Shown: positions 51,778 to 63,716, counted from the first letter of the stretch. The stretch is 64,000 bases of DNA from Malacoraja senta (GCA_038087875.1 CM075996.1:9426001-9490000); one strand, 5' to 3'. Numbers and translations are program-made. The notes: generated by a model not told the origin, from the letters alone.

Positions 51778-52265
51778 TATTAATAATAATAATAATACTA
51801 ATAATATATTTTATTGACATTGCACAGAGGTACAACGAGATTTGGTATGCAGCTTCCATCCGATGTAATAACTTAATTAGCTAAAAAGTTAGACACCCAG
51901 AGAAATAAGATTAAAAAAAAAGAAAAAGTTAAAGCAGTATAAATTGCAAATATGTCTGTGCCGGGTCGATGTGCGACGTGACCATCCGAGGGAGACAGTT
52001 CATGGGGGGGTGGGGGCACTCAGCAGGGCCCATTCAGAGCAGCTATAGCTCTGGGGATGAAGCTGTTCCTAAGTCTGGAGGTGTGGGCGTAGAAGGCCTT
52101 GTCTGCCGGATGGTAGAAGTTCGAACAGACCATTGCAAGGGTGTGAGGAGTCGTTATGAATGCTGACGGCCTTCCTGAGGCACCGTGTATTGTAGATGCC
52201 CTCCAAGGCTGGTAGCTGTGTCCCAATTATCTTCTGCGCTCTGCGGACGACCCGCTTAAGAGCTC
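51778..52265 (-). mobile_element. Rex1-like LINE 3' fragment with (TTA)n tail
   Basis: HPHTLAMVCSNFYHP / HTSRLRNSFIPRAIAALN remnant of the Rex1-type C-terminus. Confidence 0.7.
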
Positions 52266-54235
52266 TTATTATATCTTATGTATATCTTATTTATTTATGT
52301 ATATATTATATCTTATATCTTATGAAGAGCTCCTATTATTATAATTTTTTTTATTAGACCCCCTTCGGTCGAGCCGTCTGGAGCTGTGCTCCTGGTAATG
52401 GTGGCATTACGAGGGGCATAGCTCCAGACGGCATCGCTCCCAGGATCTTAGGTCCTCACAAGCTTCTCCACCACGACAAGGTGACAATCCACAGATTACA
52501 CATGTAATATGTAGAAGGTGAACAAAATTGTGTAGGAAGGAACTGCAGATGCTGGTTTAAATCGTAGACACAAAATGCGGGAGTAACTCAGCGGGACAGG
52601 CGGCATCTTTGGAGAGAAGGAATGAGTGACGTTTTGGGTCGAGACCCTTCTTCTGACTGAGAGTCAGGGGACAGGGAAATGAAAGATATCGACGATGATT
52701 TAGAGAGATCAAGCAAATAAAAGATAGGCAAAAAAGTAACGACGATAAAGGAAACTGGGCATTGTTAGCTGCAGCTAGGCGTGAACGAGAAGCTGGTGCG
52801 AGTTGGGTGGGGGAGGGATGGAGAGAGAGGGAATGCAGGGGTTACATGAAGTTAGAGAAATCAATAGACAAACCAGTGGGTTGTACGTTGCCCAAACATA
52901 CCGGTTGTAAACTGCCCACCTTACAGCCCAGTGGTATGAATATTAATGTCTCCAACTGCAAGTAACCCCGGCATTCCCTCTCTCTCCATCCGTCCCTCAC
53001 CCAAGTCGCATCAGGTGAACAACAATCATAGATGAGGCAATTTAAAAATATGTCTGAAAGGAAAAGGCCGGCACGGTGACACAGCGGGTCGAGTTGCTGC
53101 CCTACAGCGCCAGGGACCCGGGTTCGATCCTGACCACGGATGCTGTCTGTATGGATTTTGTACCCTAACCCCGTGGGTTTCCTCCGGATGCTCCAGTTTC
53201 CTCCCAAATCCCAAAGACGTGCAGGTTTGTAGGTGAAGTTTGTAAACTGTACCTTGTGTGTAGGATAGTGCTAGTGCACGTGGTGATCGCTGGTCAGTGT
53301 GGACCCACCATCCATCTGCTCCCCCCTCCCCCCACCTGCCACTACTACCACCCCCCAACCTGCCCCCCCACCAGCTCTTCCTGCACACCATCACTGACCC
53401 TCCTGCCCATTGTCCAACCATGCCTCCGTGAAGCACCTTGGAATGCAAAAAAAATGATATGGCTATTTCCTTTATATATGTTCTCATTACAGATTGTTCT
53501 GCTGTAATACATGTTTCCATAATATCAGTTGGGTAGAACACAAGTGATGAATTAGGAAAGACTATTTGTATTACACAGGCTGAATAGGTTATAAGGTGAA
53601 TTTGATCAGGAACTAGAGAACCACTTAAAATTTACTTTGGTAATTGACAAGCAGAAAAAAAGCTGCCTTGGCTTTAAACTGCATTGGGGGGGGGGGGGGA
53701 AGCTGTTTCCATGTAACCACCCCGCAGTTAACAGACATATTCTCTGTTAAGAACATGGCTGCTACTTTAATCACATGTTTCTATTGACTGCAATGATACT
53801 CTTTTAAACAATGTAACATACAGTCTTTAGTATTTTTAGCTTGCTGTAACAAACATAAACTTCTTACTATCTATTTCAGAAAATACTGTTGGGAAAAATA
53901 CATTTCTTATCGTAACTATGAAAAGTCCCTACCCTGCTTTCACCCATTGACACAAGTTTTCGTAGGAATACAACCATTATAGAGAGGGTCCAGAGGAGGT
54001 TTACGTGAATGATCCTAGGAATGATTGGGTTAACGTATGATGAGCGTTTGAAGGCACTGAGCCTGTACTCGCTGGAGTTTATAGAAACTTATAGTGAAAA
54101 GTGAAAGGTCTGGATAGAGTGAATGTGGAGAGGATGTTTCTACCAGTGGGAGAATCTAGCACCAGAGGGCACAGCCTCAGAATAAAAGGACGTACCATTA
54201 GAAAGGAAACGAGGAGGAATTTCTTTAGTCACGGG

Positions 54236-54766
54236 GTGGTTTGTCAAGGAGGACTCTCTCTAACTTCTACAGGTGCACAGTAGAGAGCATGCTGACCGGT
54301 TGCATCATGGCTTGGTTCGGCAACTTGAGTGCCCTGGAGAGGAAAAGACTACAAAAAGTAGTAAACACTGCCCAGTCCATCATCGGCTCTGACCTCCCTT
54401 CCATCGAGGGGATCTATCACAGTCGCTGCCTCAAAAAGGCTGGCAGCATCATCAAGGACCCACACCATCCTGGCCACACACTCATCTCCCCACTACCATC
54501 AGGCAGAAGGTACAGGAGCCTGAAGACTGCAACGACTAGGTTCAGGAACAGCTACTTCCCCACAGCCATCAGACATAACACTGAACTTTACTAGCCAATA
54601 CTGTTATTTGCACTTTATCAGTATATTGACCATTGTGTATATATTTATAGAATGCCTTGTAGTAAATGCCTACTATGTTCTGTTGTGCTCAAGCAAAGCA
54701 AGAATTTCATTGTCCTACCAGAGACACATGACAATAAACTCACTTGACTTGACTAGACTTGACTTG
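54236..54766 (+). mobile_element. Rex1-type LINE 3' fragment nested in a CR1 fragment (about 53980-54865)
   Basis: ORF 54241..54594; (CTTGA)n tail; host CR1 resumes at GAATCTGTGGAATTC. Confidence 0.85.
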
Positions 54767-55250
54767 AATCTGTGGAATTCATTGCCACAAATGGCGGTGG
54801 AGGCCAAGTCAATGGATATTTTTAAGGCAGAGATTGACAGATTCTTAATTAGTACGGGTATCTGAGAGTGTTCTTCGACGCCGGAGCTCCATCATCCCGG
54901 CGAGAGGGCCTGAAACATCGGGCGACCTCAATAGGCCCCAACCACGGGTGAACAAGGGGAAGAGGACTGAACTTGATTGCCTTCCCTCACAGTGGGAAAC
55001 GTTGATTCCGCTGTGGAGGATGTTTTATGTTCAATTCTATAGTGTTGAGTTTATCTTATTTGTGTGCTGCATGGTAACTCAAATTTCACTGCACCAATTG
55101 GTCATGTGACAGTAAGTGTCCTTTGCCTTTGTCTTTATCAGGGGTTGTAGGACGAAGGCAGGAGAATGGGGTTGAGCAGGAAAGATAGATCAGCCATGTT
55201 ACAGCAGAACTATCTGCACGTCGTCAAGTTATTCACTCTCACTCCATCAC

Positions 55251-55358
55251 CTGTTTAGCTGCAAGGCCTCCATCGTTGGAGCTGTTTTTGACGATGTCAC
55301 GGTACGAGGTTTCAGTATTTCGTTTCTTCTGTAGAGCTCCTGACAACCGCATCCACAT
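55251..55358 (-). CDS. SGSM3: SGSM3 coding exon ([36 protein letters not shown]), TBC domain
   Basis: 108 nt, phase 0/0; AG acceptor (ct at 55359-60) and GT donor (gtgatg); matches human SGSM3 [36 protein letters not shown] as recalled. Confidence 0.95.
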
Positions 55359-55969
55359 CTGGGGAGAGACAAGCTCCATAAGACAAACCGCAGCACCTCA
55401 AAATGAGCCGGGAAAAAAACAAAACAAAAAAAAACTATCTCCATATGTACAACCTGGGTTATGGGGTCACAGAGTCATACAGCTTGGAAACAAGCCCTTC
55501 GACCCAACTTGCCCACATCTTGTCCCAACTACACTAGTCCCACCTCCCTACATTGGGCCCATATCCCTCTAAACCTGGCCTATCCATGTACCTGTCTAAA
55601 TATTTCTTAAATGATGTGATATTCCCCGCCTCAACTACCTCCTCTGGCACCTCGTACCATACACCCACCACCCTTCACATGAAAAAGTTTTTCCTCAGGT
55701 TTCTATTAGATCTTTCCCCACACAGTTTAAACACATGTCCTCTGGTTCTCGATTCCCCTAGTCTGGGCAAGAGACTGTGCGTTTACCTGATTTATTCCTC
55801 TCTGTATTTTGTACACCTCTATAAGATCATCCCTCATCCTCCTGTGCTCCAAGGAATAGAGTCCCAGCCTGCTCAACCTCTCCTTGTAGATCAAGCCTTT
55901 GAGAGCAGGCAACATCCTTGTAAATATTCTCTGCACCCTTTCCAACTTGACAACATATTTCCTATAACA

Positions 55970-56014
55970 TCTATATACTTATACTCTGATCTTGGATGTG
56001 GACATATTTGTGTA

Positions 56015-56053
<39 letters not shown>

Positions 56054-57301
56054 TTGTGTGTTTTCTGTGATTCACATCTCCTCGAAAACACGACGCGCTA
56101 ACGGTGACATTTTTACATATTCCGGTAGAGATTTACCTCATGACATCGAAAATCGCCTCATCTGAAAATTTGATTTATTATTTTCCGAGTTCTTTATTAA
56201 AATTGTTCACAAATCTGAGATATTTGTTAAAGCTAACGAGCAGATGCGTCACAATGGCTCTGCTTCTCACGTCCAGCTACGCAGTTTTCAAAGCGCAGCC
56301 TGCTGGGCATAGTTTTTGCATGAGCTGCGAGTTACGTTAATTCCCCCCCCCCAACTCGCAGTTGACTCGCACTCGGCCGGCAGTCCGCCCCGCCCGCAGC
56401 CCAGCCGCCCTCCCCCCCAGGCTCTGGATTGAAGCCGCTGACGAATTTACGTTAACCCCACCCCTAACCCCCTCCCGACTCGCAGTCATTTTGTCGCCTC
56501 CCGATTGCAGTCGACTCGCACTCGGCTGGACGGCCGGCTCGCTCCGCCCGCCGCCCTCCCCCCTCCCCCACCAGGGCTCTGGATTGAATCCGCTGAACAC
56601 GCAGTAATTTGGTTGGGCTACCGAGGCCTCCTCTCCCCGCTCCTCCCTCCTCCCCCCCACTCACCCCTCTCCCCCTCCTCCGCCCCCTCCTCCCACTTCC
56701 TCTCCTCCCCCTCCTCTCCCCCATTCCCCCCTCCTCTCCCCCTTCCCTCCCTCTCCCCTTCCCCCTCTCTCCCCCTCCCCCCTTATCACCTCCCTCCCCC
56801 TCCCCTCTCTCCCTTCCCCTCACTACTCTCCCTCTCCTCCACCCTCTTCTCCGCCCTTTCCCCCCTCCCCCCTCTCCATCTCCCCCTCTCCCCCTCTCCC
56901 TTCTGCCCCACTCTGTCTCTGCCCACTCTCCCCCTCCCCCCTCTCCTCCCCCATCTTCCCCCCCTCTCCCCTTCTCCTCTCCCTCCATCCCTCCCTCTCC
57001 ATCTCCCCCTCTCCCTCCACCCCCACTCTCCCTCCCCCCTCTCCCTCTCTCTCTTTCTCTGCCCCACTCTCTCTGCCCACTCTCTCTTCCCTCTCTCTCT
57101 ATCCCCCCGCCTCCCTCTCTAGATGCGCCTGCGAGTTGGGGGCTATGCGTCAGTGGATAGGGCGGGGATGGGGTAAAAGGAGCCAATGAATAATATTAAT
57201 ATAATATCAAGGGGGGTGGTTTGCGTGTGGGGGGTGGTTAGTGTGTGTGACGTCGCGCGCGCGTTGAGGGGACGGGACCCAACGGGTCCCCCTCGGTCTA
57301 C
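55970..57301 (+). mobile_element. Non-autonomous Helitron, second family (about 1.33 kb)
   Basis: A|TCTATATACTT 5' end; 3' hairpin GGGACCCAACGGGTCCC (57274-57290), 7 nt, then CTAC (one mismatch from CTAG); contains (GT)n and a C/T tract. Confidence 0.75.
56626..57120 (+). repeat. Polypyrimidine (C/T) low-complexity tract of about 500 bp
   Basis: Almost all C and T on the + strand; source of the spurious Pro-rich and Gly-rich ORFs. Confidence 0.9.
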
Positions 57302-58927
57302 CAACGGAGGGTAACTTTTGCACACAAAGGTGGTGGGTATATGGAACGAGTTGCCAGAGAAAGTAGTTGAGACAGGTACTATAACAGTATTTAAGACATT
57401 CAGACAGGTAAATAGAAAAAGGTTTAGAGGATATGGGCCATACAGCATGGAAACAGGACCTTCAGCCCAACTTGCCCACACCGGTCAACATATCCCAGCT
57501 ACACTAGTCCCACCTGCCCGTGAAGGCCCATATTCCTCCAAACCTGTCCTATCCATGTACCTATCTAACTGTTTCTTAAACGTTGGTATAGTCCCTGCCT
57601 CAACTGCCTCCTCTGACAGCTTGTTCCATACACCCACCACCCTTTGTGTGAACGAGGTGAGATGGGACTTATGTGAATAAGGACAGGAAAGGCCGAAGGG
57701 CTGATTGCGTGCTGTGTGACCCAATGGCGAGGCGATACACTGGCTCAGAATAAAAAGCTAAACAAAATGGTGCGCAAATAAAAATGACTATTTAAAGAAA
57801 ACTTCAACCATCTTACAGCAATATATCCTGTCTATTGTAATACAGGATATTAGAGGCACTGATCAAGAGCTGGATGTTGTGAAAGCAACTGGGACACGAT
57901 GACAAGGAAACGCAATATAAACGGAGAATTAACATTGCAGAGCAAAATGCTCAAGGAAACAAAGAGGGAGAAAGGGGAGGTGGGATAGCTGTGCATATGA
58001 GAGAGAAAGAGAGAAGTCAGTCATCGACAGTCAGAAGTAAAATCTAAAGATAGGCACAAAAACTGCAGTAACTCAGCGGGTCAGATAACACCTCTGGAGA
58101 AAAGGAATAGGTGACATTTCAGGTCGAGACCCTTCTTCAGACAGGAGGAAAGAGTCACCTATTCCTTTTCTCCAGAGAGGTTGTCTGACCCGCTGAGTTA
58201 CTGCAACTTTTTGTGTCTATCTTCGGTTTACACCAGCATCTGCACTTCCTTCCTACACAGAAGTAAAATCCACATGGACAGAGATCAAAATATACAATAG
58301 GTCAGACTACAGATTGACTACAATGACTATCATTGGCAGGAGGGCGCGTACAGTCAGGACATGAGTAACACACCAAGATTAGAGGCTTTCCTCAATTTAC
58401 AAAATGCTGGAAATCCGGGAAAAAAGAATTTGGGGGGGGGGGGGAGGGTAAATTCAGCAATTTAGCCATCTGTGGAAGGAGAAACAGTTGATTGTTTCGT
58501 CAGAATGGGAAAGATCCTACAATCAGAACATAATCAGTTCTTACAGGGGTTCTTTGGAGTCGTTGAGGCTTACAACAGGTCCTCAGCCCAATTTGCCCAC
58601 ACCGGCCAACATGTCCCATCTAGACTAGTCCCACCTCCCTGCATTTTGGTCCACATCCCTCCAAACCGGTCCTATCCTTGTACCTGTTTAATTGTTTCTT
58701 AAATAGTACCAGCCTCAACTACCTCCTCCGGCAACTCGTACCATACACCCACCACCCTTTGCGTGAAAACGTTACTCCTCAGCTTCCGATTGAATCTTTC
58801 CCCCCTCACCTTAAACCTATGTCCTTGAACCTATATGTCTTTGACCTGAACTGTGAACTGTTTCTCCACAGCTGCTGCCTGACCCGCTGAATGTTCAAGA
58901 AGGAACTGCAGATGCTGGAAAATCGAA

Positions 58928-59078
58928 GGTAGACAAAAGTGCTGGAGAAACTCAGCGGGTGCGGCAGCATCTATGGAGCGAAGGAAATAGGCAACGTTTC
59001 GGGCCGAAACGTTGCCTATTTCCTTCGCTCCATAGATGCTGCCGCACCCGCTGAGTTTCTCCAGCACTTTTGTCTACC
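58928..59078. repeat. Perfect 74-bp-arm palindrome of Penelope pLTR sequence
   Basis: GGTAGACAAAAGTGCTGG...GGCAACGTTTCG-ggc-CGAAACGTTGCC...CCAGCACTTTTGTCTACC. Confidence 0.9.
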
Positions 59079-61279
59079 GCTGGATGGTTTCTGTATTTTC
59101 TGTCTGTCTTTATTTCACGCATGTTAAATGCTTGCTTAGGCGAGTGGCTCCTTGGAGTTATGGTCTGTTGTAATGATGAATACAACGCAGCTTTGCATAT
59201 TTCTGGAAATATTCAAACCAGACACTGATTATACTGCGCCGTCAAATCCTGCACCCTCCCAACAACCTTTCAAGTTTTGCCACAACGGCCTTGCTTTTTC
59301 CTGGATCATCTTCATAGTCATGGGCCGGGAGGAACTGCAGGTAGACACAAAATGCTGGAGTAACTCAGCGGGACAGGCAGCATCTCTGGAGAGAAGGAAT
59401 GGGTGACGTTTTGGGTCGAGACCCTTCAGTAGACTGACTTTTTGTGCATTTTGATCTTTTTCCATGTGGATTTTACTTTGTGTGGGAAGGAACTGCAGAT
59501 GCTGATTCTTTGTGTCTGTCTTCAGACTGAAGAAGGTGGTGAAGAAGGGTATCGACCCAAAACGCCAACTATTCGCCAACTAAAGAAGGTGGTGAAGAAG
59601 GGTATCGACCCAAAACGCCAACTATTCGCCAACTAAATGGTGACCACACATTTCACTGTACCAACTGGTATATGTGACAAATAAATGTATCTTGTATCTT
59701 GTATTTCTTTCCTGCAAAGATGCTGCCTGACCCACTGAATTACTCCAGCATTTTGTGTCTGTCTTGATATTCATGGGCACAGATATTCTTTTCAGTTTAG
59801 TTTAATTTAATTTAATTTAGAGATACAGCTCGGCCCACTGAGTCCGCACCGACCAGCGATTCGCATAGACTAGTACGATCCTGCACACCAGGGACAATTT
59901 TACAATTTTTACTGCAGGCAATTAACCTATAAACCTTTGCGCCTTTGGAATGTGGGAGGAAACCGGAGCTCCTGGAGAAAACCCACGTGGCCACTGGGAG
60001 AACGTACAAACTCCGTACAGACAGCACCCATAGGCAGGATTGAACCGGGCAGCAACTCTACCATTGCACCACCGTACCGTTCCAATCATATGCTTAATCC
60101 TCCTCCCATTCTCCCCATTAAAGAAGCACCATTATAGAAGTTTTTCACCAAACCTCGGTACACGAGACAATAAACTAAATTGAACTGAGAAGCAGGTCTT
60201 TCAGCACAATTAGTTCATTCTGGCCACGGTGGATACCTGAGCTCGTCTGATTTGCCTGCATTGGCCCAAATGCAGTTGTCTCTCCTGATAACTTAAGCCC
60301 AGAGTGCACTGGGTGGAACAGTAGGGCCCTGACAATATCCTACTCCTTGGCATGCTGAAAGCCTGCATCCAAAATAAACACCCACTGTACGTCACTGGTG
60401 TCTCTGCTGACATGGCTGATTGCAAGCCACAAAACACGCAGACTGGACCTAACCAAGCCAGTCACTCCCACATTCATCTCCATAACTGAAAGCAGTGATG
60501 AATAGGTTAGTGATGACACCTACTCACCAGTGCCAGCTCATAGTATTGACGTGAAAGTTGATGACGCATATGCCTGGGAGATTAATACCAATCAACAGCG
60601 TCATGTTACAGCAAATACCTGTAGCAACATTTAAGCAACACCTGACCAAGGGTGTCTCTCCGGAGCCCCAGCACGACTGACAATGTAAGGGCGAAGAGAA
60701 GTCTCTCCTGTGGACAAAGTTACATCTTGGTGGCACTGGGAAGATCACACTCTGTCAACCCCTTTTAACAGCGGTAGAGTTGCTGCCTTACAGCGCCAGA
60801 GACCTGGGTTTGATACTGACTACGGGTGCTGTTTAGAGATACAGTGCAGAAACAGGCCCTTCGGCCCATCGAGTCCGTGTCGACCAGCGACCCCCCCCCC
60901 CCCTCAGCACAATAGCACTATCCTACACACATGGGACAATGTTCCATTTTTACAGAAGGTCAATTAACACAAACCTGCATGCCTTTGGAGTGTGGGAGGA
61001 AAGCGGAGCACGAGGCGAAAACCCACGCGGTCTCAGTGAGAACATGCAAACCCCGTACAGACAGCACCCGTAGTTCGGATCGAACCCGGGTGCCTGGTGA
61101 TGTAAGGCAGCAACTCTACCGCTGTGCCAGTCTGTATGAAGTTTGTACGTTCTCTCTGTGACCGCGTGGGTTTTCTCCAGGTTCTCTGGTTTCTTCCCAC
61201 ACTCCAAAGAAATACAGGTTTGCTGGTTAAATGTTTTCTGTAAAAATTGAAAATTGTCCCCGGTGTGTAGGATAGAATA

Positions 61280-61745
61280 GTATAAATTTTTAATAGAATA
61301 CATTTTATTTGCAAAGTATGTATACGTACAAGGAATTTGCCTTGGTGCTTTGCTCGCAAGTAACAACACGATATACAGTAGACAATTTAAAATAAAACAT
61401 TAGAATTTAAATATGTGAAAATAAAATACCAGAGTAAAAAGAGGCTTTAGACTTTTGGCTGTTGAGTAGAGCTACTACTCATGGAAAAAAGTTGTTTTTA
61501 TGTCTGGCTGTGGCAGCTTTGACAGTCCGGAGTCGCCTTCCAGAGGGAAGTGATTCAAAGAGTCTGTGGCCAGGGTGAGAGGGGTCAGAGATGATCTTAC
61601 CCGCTCGCTTCCTGGCCCTCGCAGTGTACAGTTCGTCAATGGGGGGAAGGTTGCAGCCAATAACCTTCTCGGCTGATCGAACGATGCGGATGTCATCCTT
61701 GGTGGTTGAGCCAAACCAGACCATGATGGAGATGGTGAGGACAGA
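61280..61745 (-). mobile_element. Rex1-like LINE 3' fragment
   Basis: ORF 61479..61724 (VWFGS...RIVRSAEKVIGCNLPPIDELY...DPSHPGHRLFESLPSGRR). Confidence 0.82.
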
Positions 61746-62874
61746 CTCTATGACAGACTCTATGATGACTCTATGACGCCACAGTCTTAGAATAAAGGGG
61801 CCACAGTCTTAGAATAAAGGGGAAGGCATTTAAGACTGAGGTGAGAAAATTTTTTTCACCCAGAGAGTTGTGAATTTGTGGAATTCCCTGCCACAGAGGG
61901 CAGTGGAGGTCAAGTCACTGGATGGATTTAAGAGAGTTAGATAGAGCTCTAGGGGCCAGTGGAATCAAGGGATATGGGGAGAAGGCAGGCATGGGTTATT
62001 GATTGGGGACGATCAGCCATGCTCACAATGAATGGCGGTGCTGGCTCGGGGCCGAATGGCCTCCTCCTGCACCTATTTTCTATGTTGTGCTTGTTTACAG
62101 GGTGATTGCTGGCTGGCACATACTCAGTGGGCTGAAGGGCCTGTTTCCACGCTGTATCTCTAAAGTCATCTCTAAAGTTACTCATTAAGGTCTATAACAT
62201 TACATTAAAAATAAGATTGGGTGACACAGTGGGGCAGCTAGTTAGAGCTGCTGCCAACAGGGCCAGAGGGCAGAGCACCCAGAGGAAACACATGCGATCA
62301 CAGGGAGAACATGCAAACTCTGCACAGACAGCACTGGAGATCCTGATCCTGATTTCTGGTGCTGTCTGTGCAGAGTTGGTACAATGGGTTTCCTGCGGGT
62401 GTTCCGGTTTCCTACCACATCCCAAAGGCATGCGGGCTTGTGGGTTAATCAGCCTCTGTAAATTGCCCCAGAGTGTGTAGGGTTGTGTAGGATGTGAAAT
62501 GGGATAACATAGAACTAGTATGAACGGGTGATCTATGGTTGGCGTGGACTCAGTGGGTCAAAAAGTCTGTTTCCATGTTGTATCTTTCAATCAATTAATT
62601 AATCCATCAAACCTATACAGCACACTACAGCAAACCTATACAGCACCATTACTATCTACTGCGTCAACAACAATTCAATAGTCCTACTCCTTGTCACATT
62701 GTGCAGCGTTGAGCTCCACTGACATTTCTTCTGATGATGTCTTGGCTTAGGACATTCTTGAGTAGAATGTGAACGACAAACCTGAGTGCCTTGACTAATG
62801 GTGGGTCAGTTTAATTTAGAGATACAGTGCAGAAAAGGGACTTTGGCCGCACCGACCAGCCGACCCTGCACATT

Positions 62875-63716
62875 ATATAACCATATAACCATATAACCAT
62901 AACAGCACGGAAACAGGCCATCTCGGCCCTTCAAGTCCGTGCCGAACATTTTTTTTTTTTTTTTTAAATTAAAAATAAAATACTTCCCCCTAGTCCCATC
63001 TACCTGCACTCAGACCATAACCCTCCATTCCTTTCCCGTCCATATACCCATCCAATCTATTTTTAAAGGATAAAATCGAACCTGCCTCCACCACTTCCAA
63101 TGGAAGCTCATTCCACACAGCTACCACTCTCTGAGTAAAGAAGTTCCCCCTAATGTTACCCCTAAACTTCTGTCCCTTAATTCTCAAGTCATGTCCCCTT
63201 GTTTGAATCTTCCCTACTCTCAATGGGAAAAGCTTATCCACGTCCACTCTGTCTAACCCGCTCATAATTTTAAAGACCTCTATCAAGTCCCCTCTTAACC
63301 TTCTGCGCTCCAAAGAATAAAGACCTAACTTGTTCAACCTTTCTCTGTAACTTAGTTGCTGAAACCCAGGCAACATTCTAGTAAATCTCCTCTGTACTCT
63401 CTCTATTTTGTTGACATCCTTCCTATAATTAGGCGACCAAAATTGTACTCCATACTCCAGAATTGGCCTCACCAATGCCTTGTACAATTTTAACATTACA
63501 TCCCAACTTCTATATTCAATGCTCTGATTTATAAAGGCCAGCACACCAAAAGCTTTCTTTACCACCCTATCTACATGAGATTCCACCTTCAGGGAACTAT
63601 GCACAGTTATTCCTAGATCCCTCTGTTCAACTGCATTCCTCAATTCGCTACCTTTTACCGTGTACGTCCTATTTTGATTTGTCCTGCCGAGATGTAGCAC
63701 CTCACATTTGTCAGCA
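62875..63716 (-). mobile_element. CR1 LINE 3' portion, young family, nested in a SINE
   Basis: Uninterrupted 236-aa ORF 62990..63700; (TATATGGT)n tail; SINE sequence on both sides. Confidence 0.93.

Noticed and set aside
56337..57186. Long Gly/Glu/Arg-rich and Pro/Leu/Ser-rich ORFs (up to 240 aa)
   Set aside because: Artefacts of the stop-free C/T low-complexity tract.
60528..60618. Possible cryptic minus-strand exon (ctacag...gtgagt, 91 nt)
   Set aside because: No similarity to SGSM3, an in-frame stop in phase 0, and no expression evidence; such splice-like pairs arise by chance.
62731..62786. TGATGA...CTGA resembling a box C/D snoRNA
   Set aside because: Short span, no convincing terminal stem and no recognisable guide sequence.
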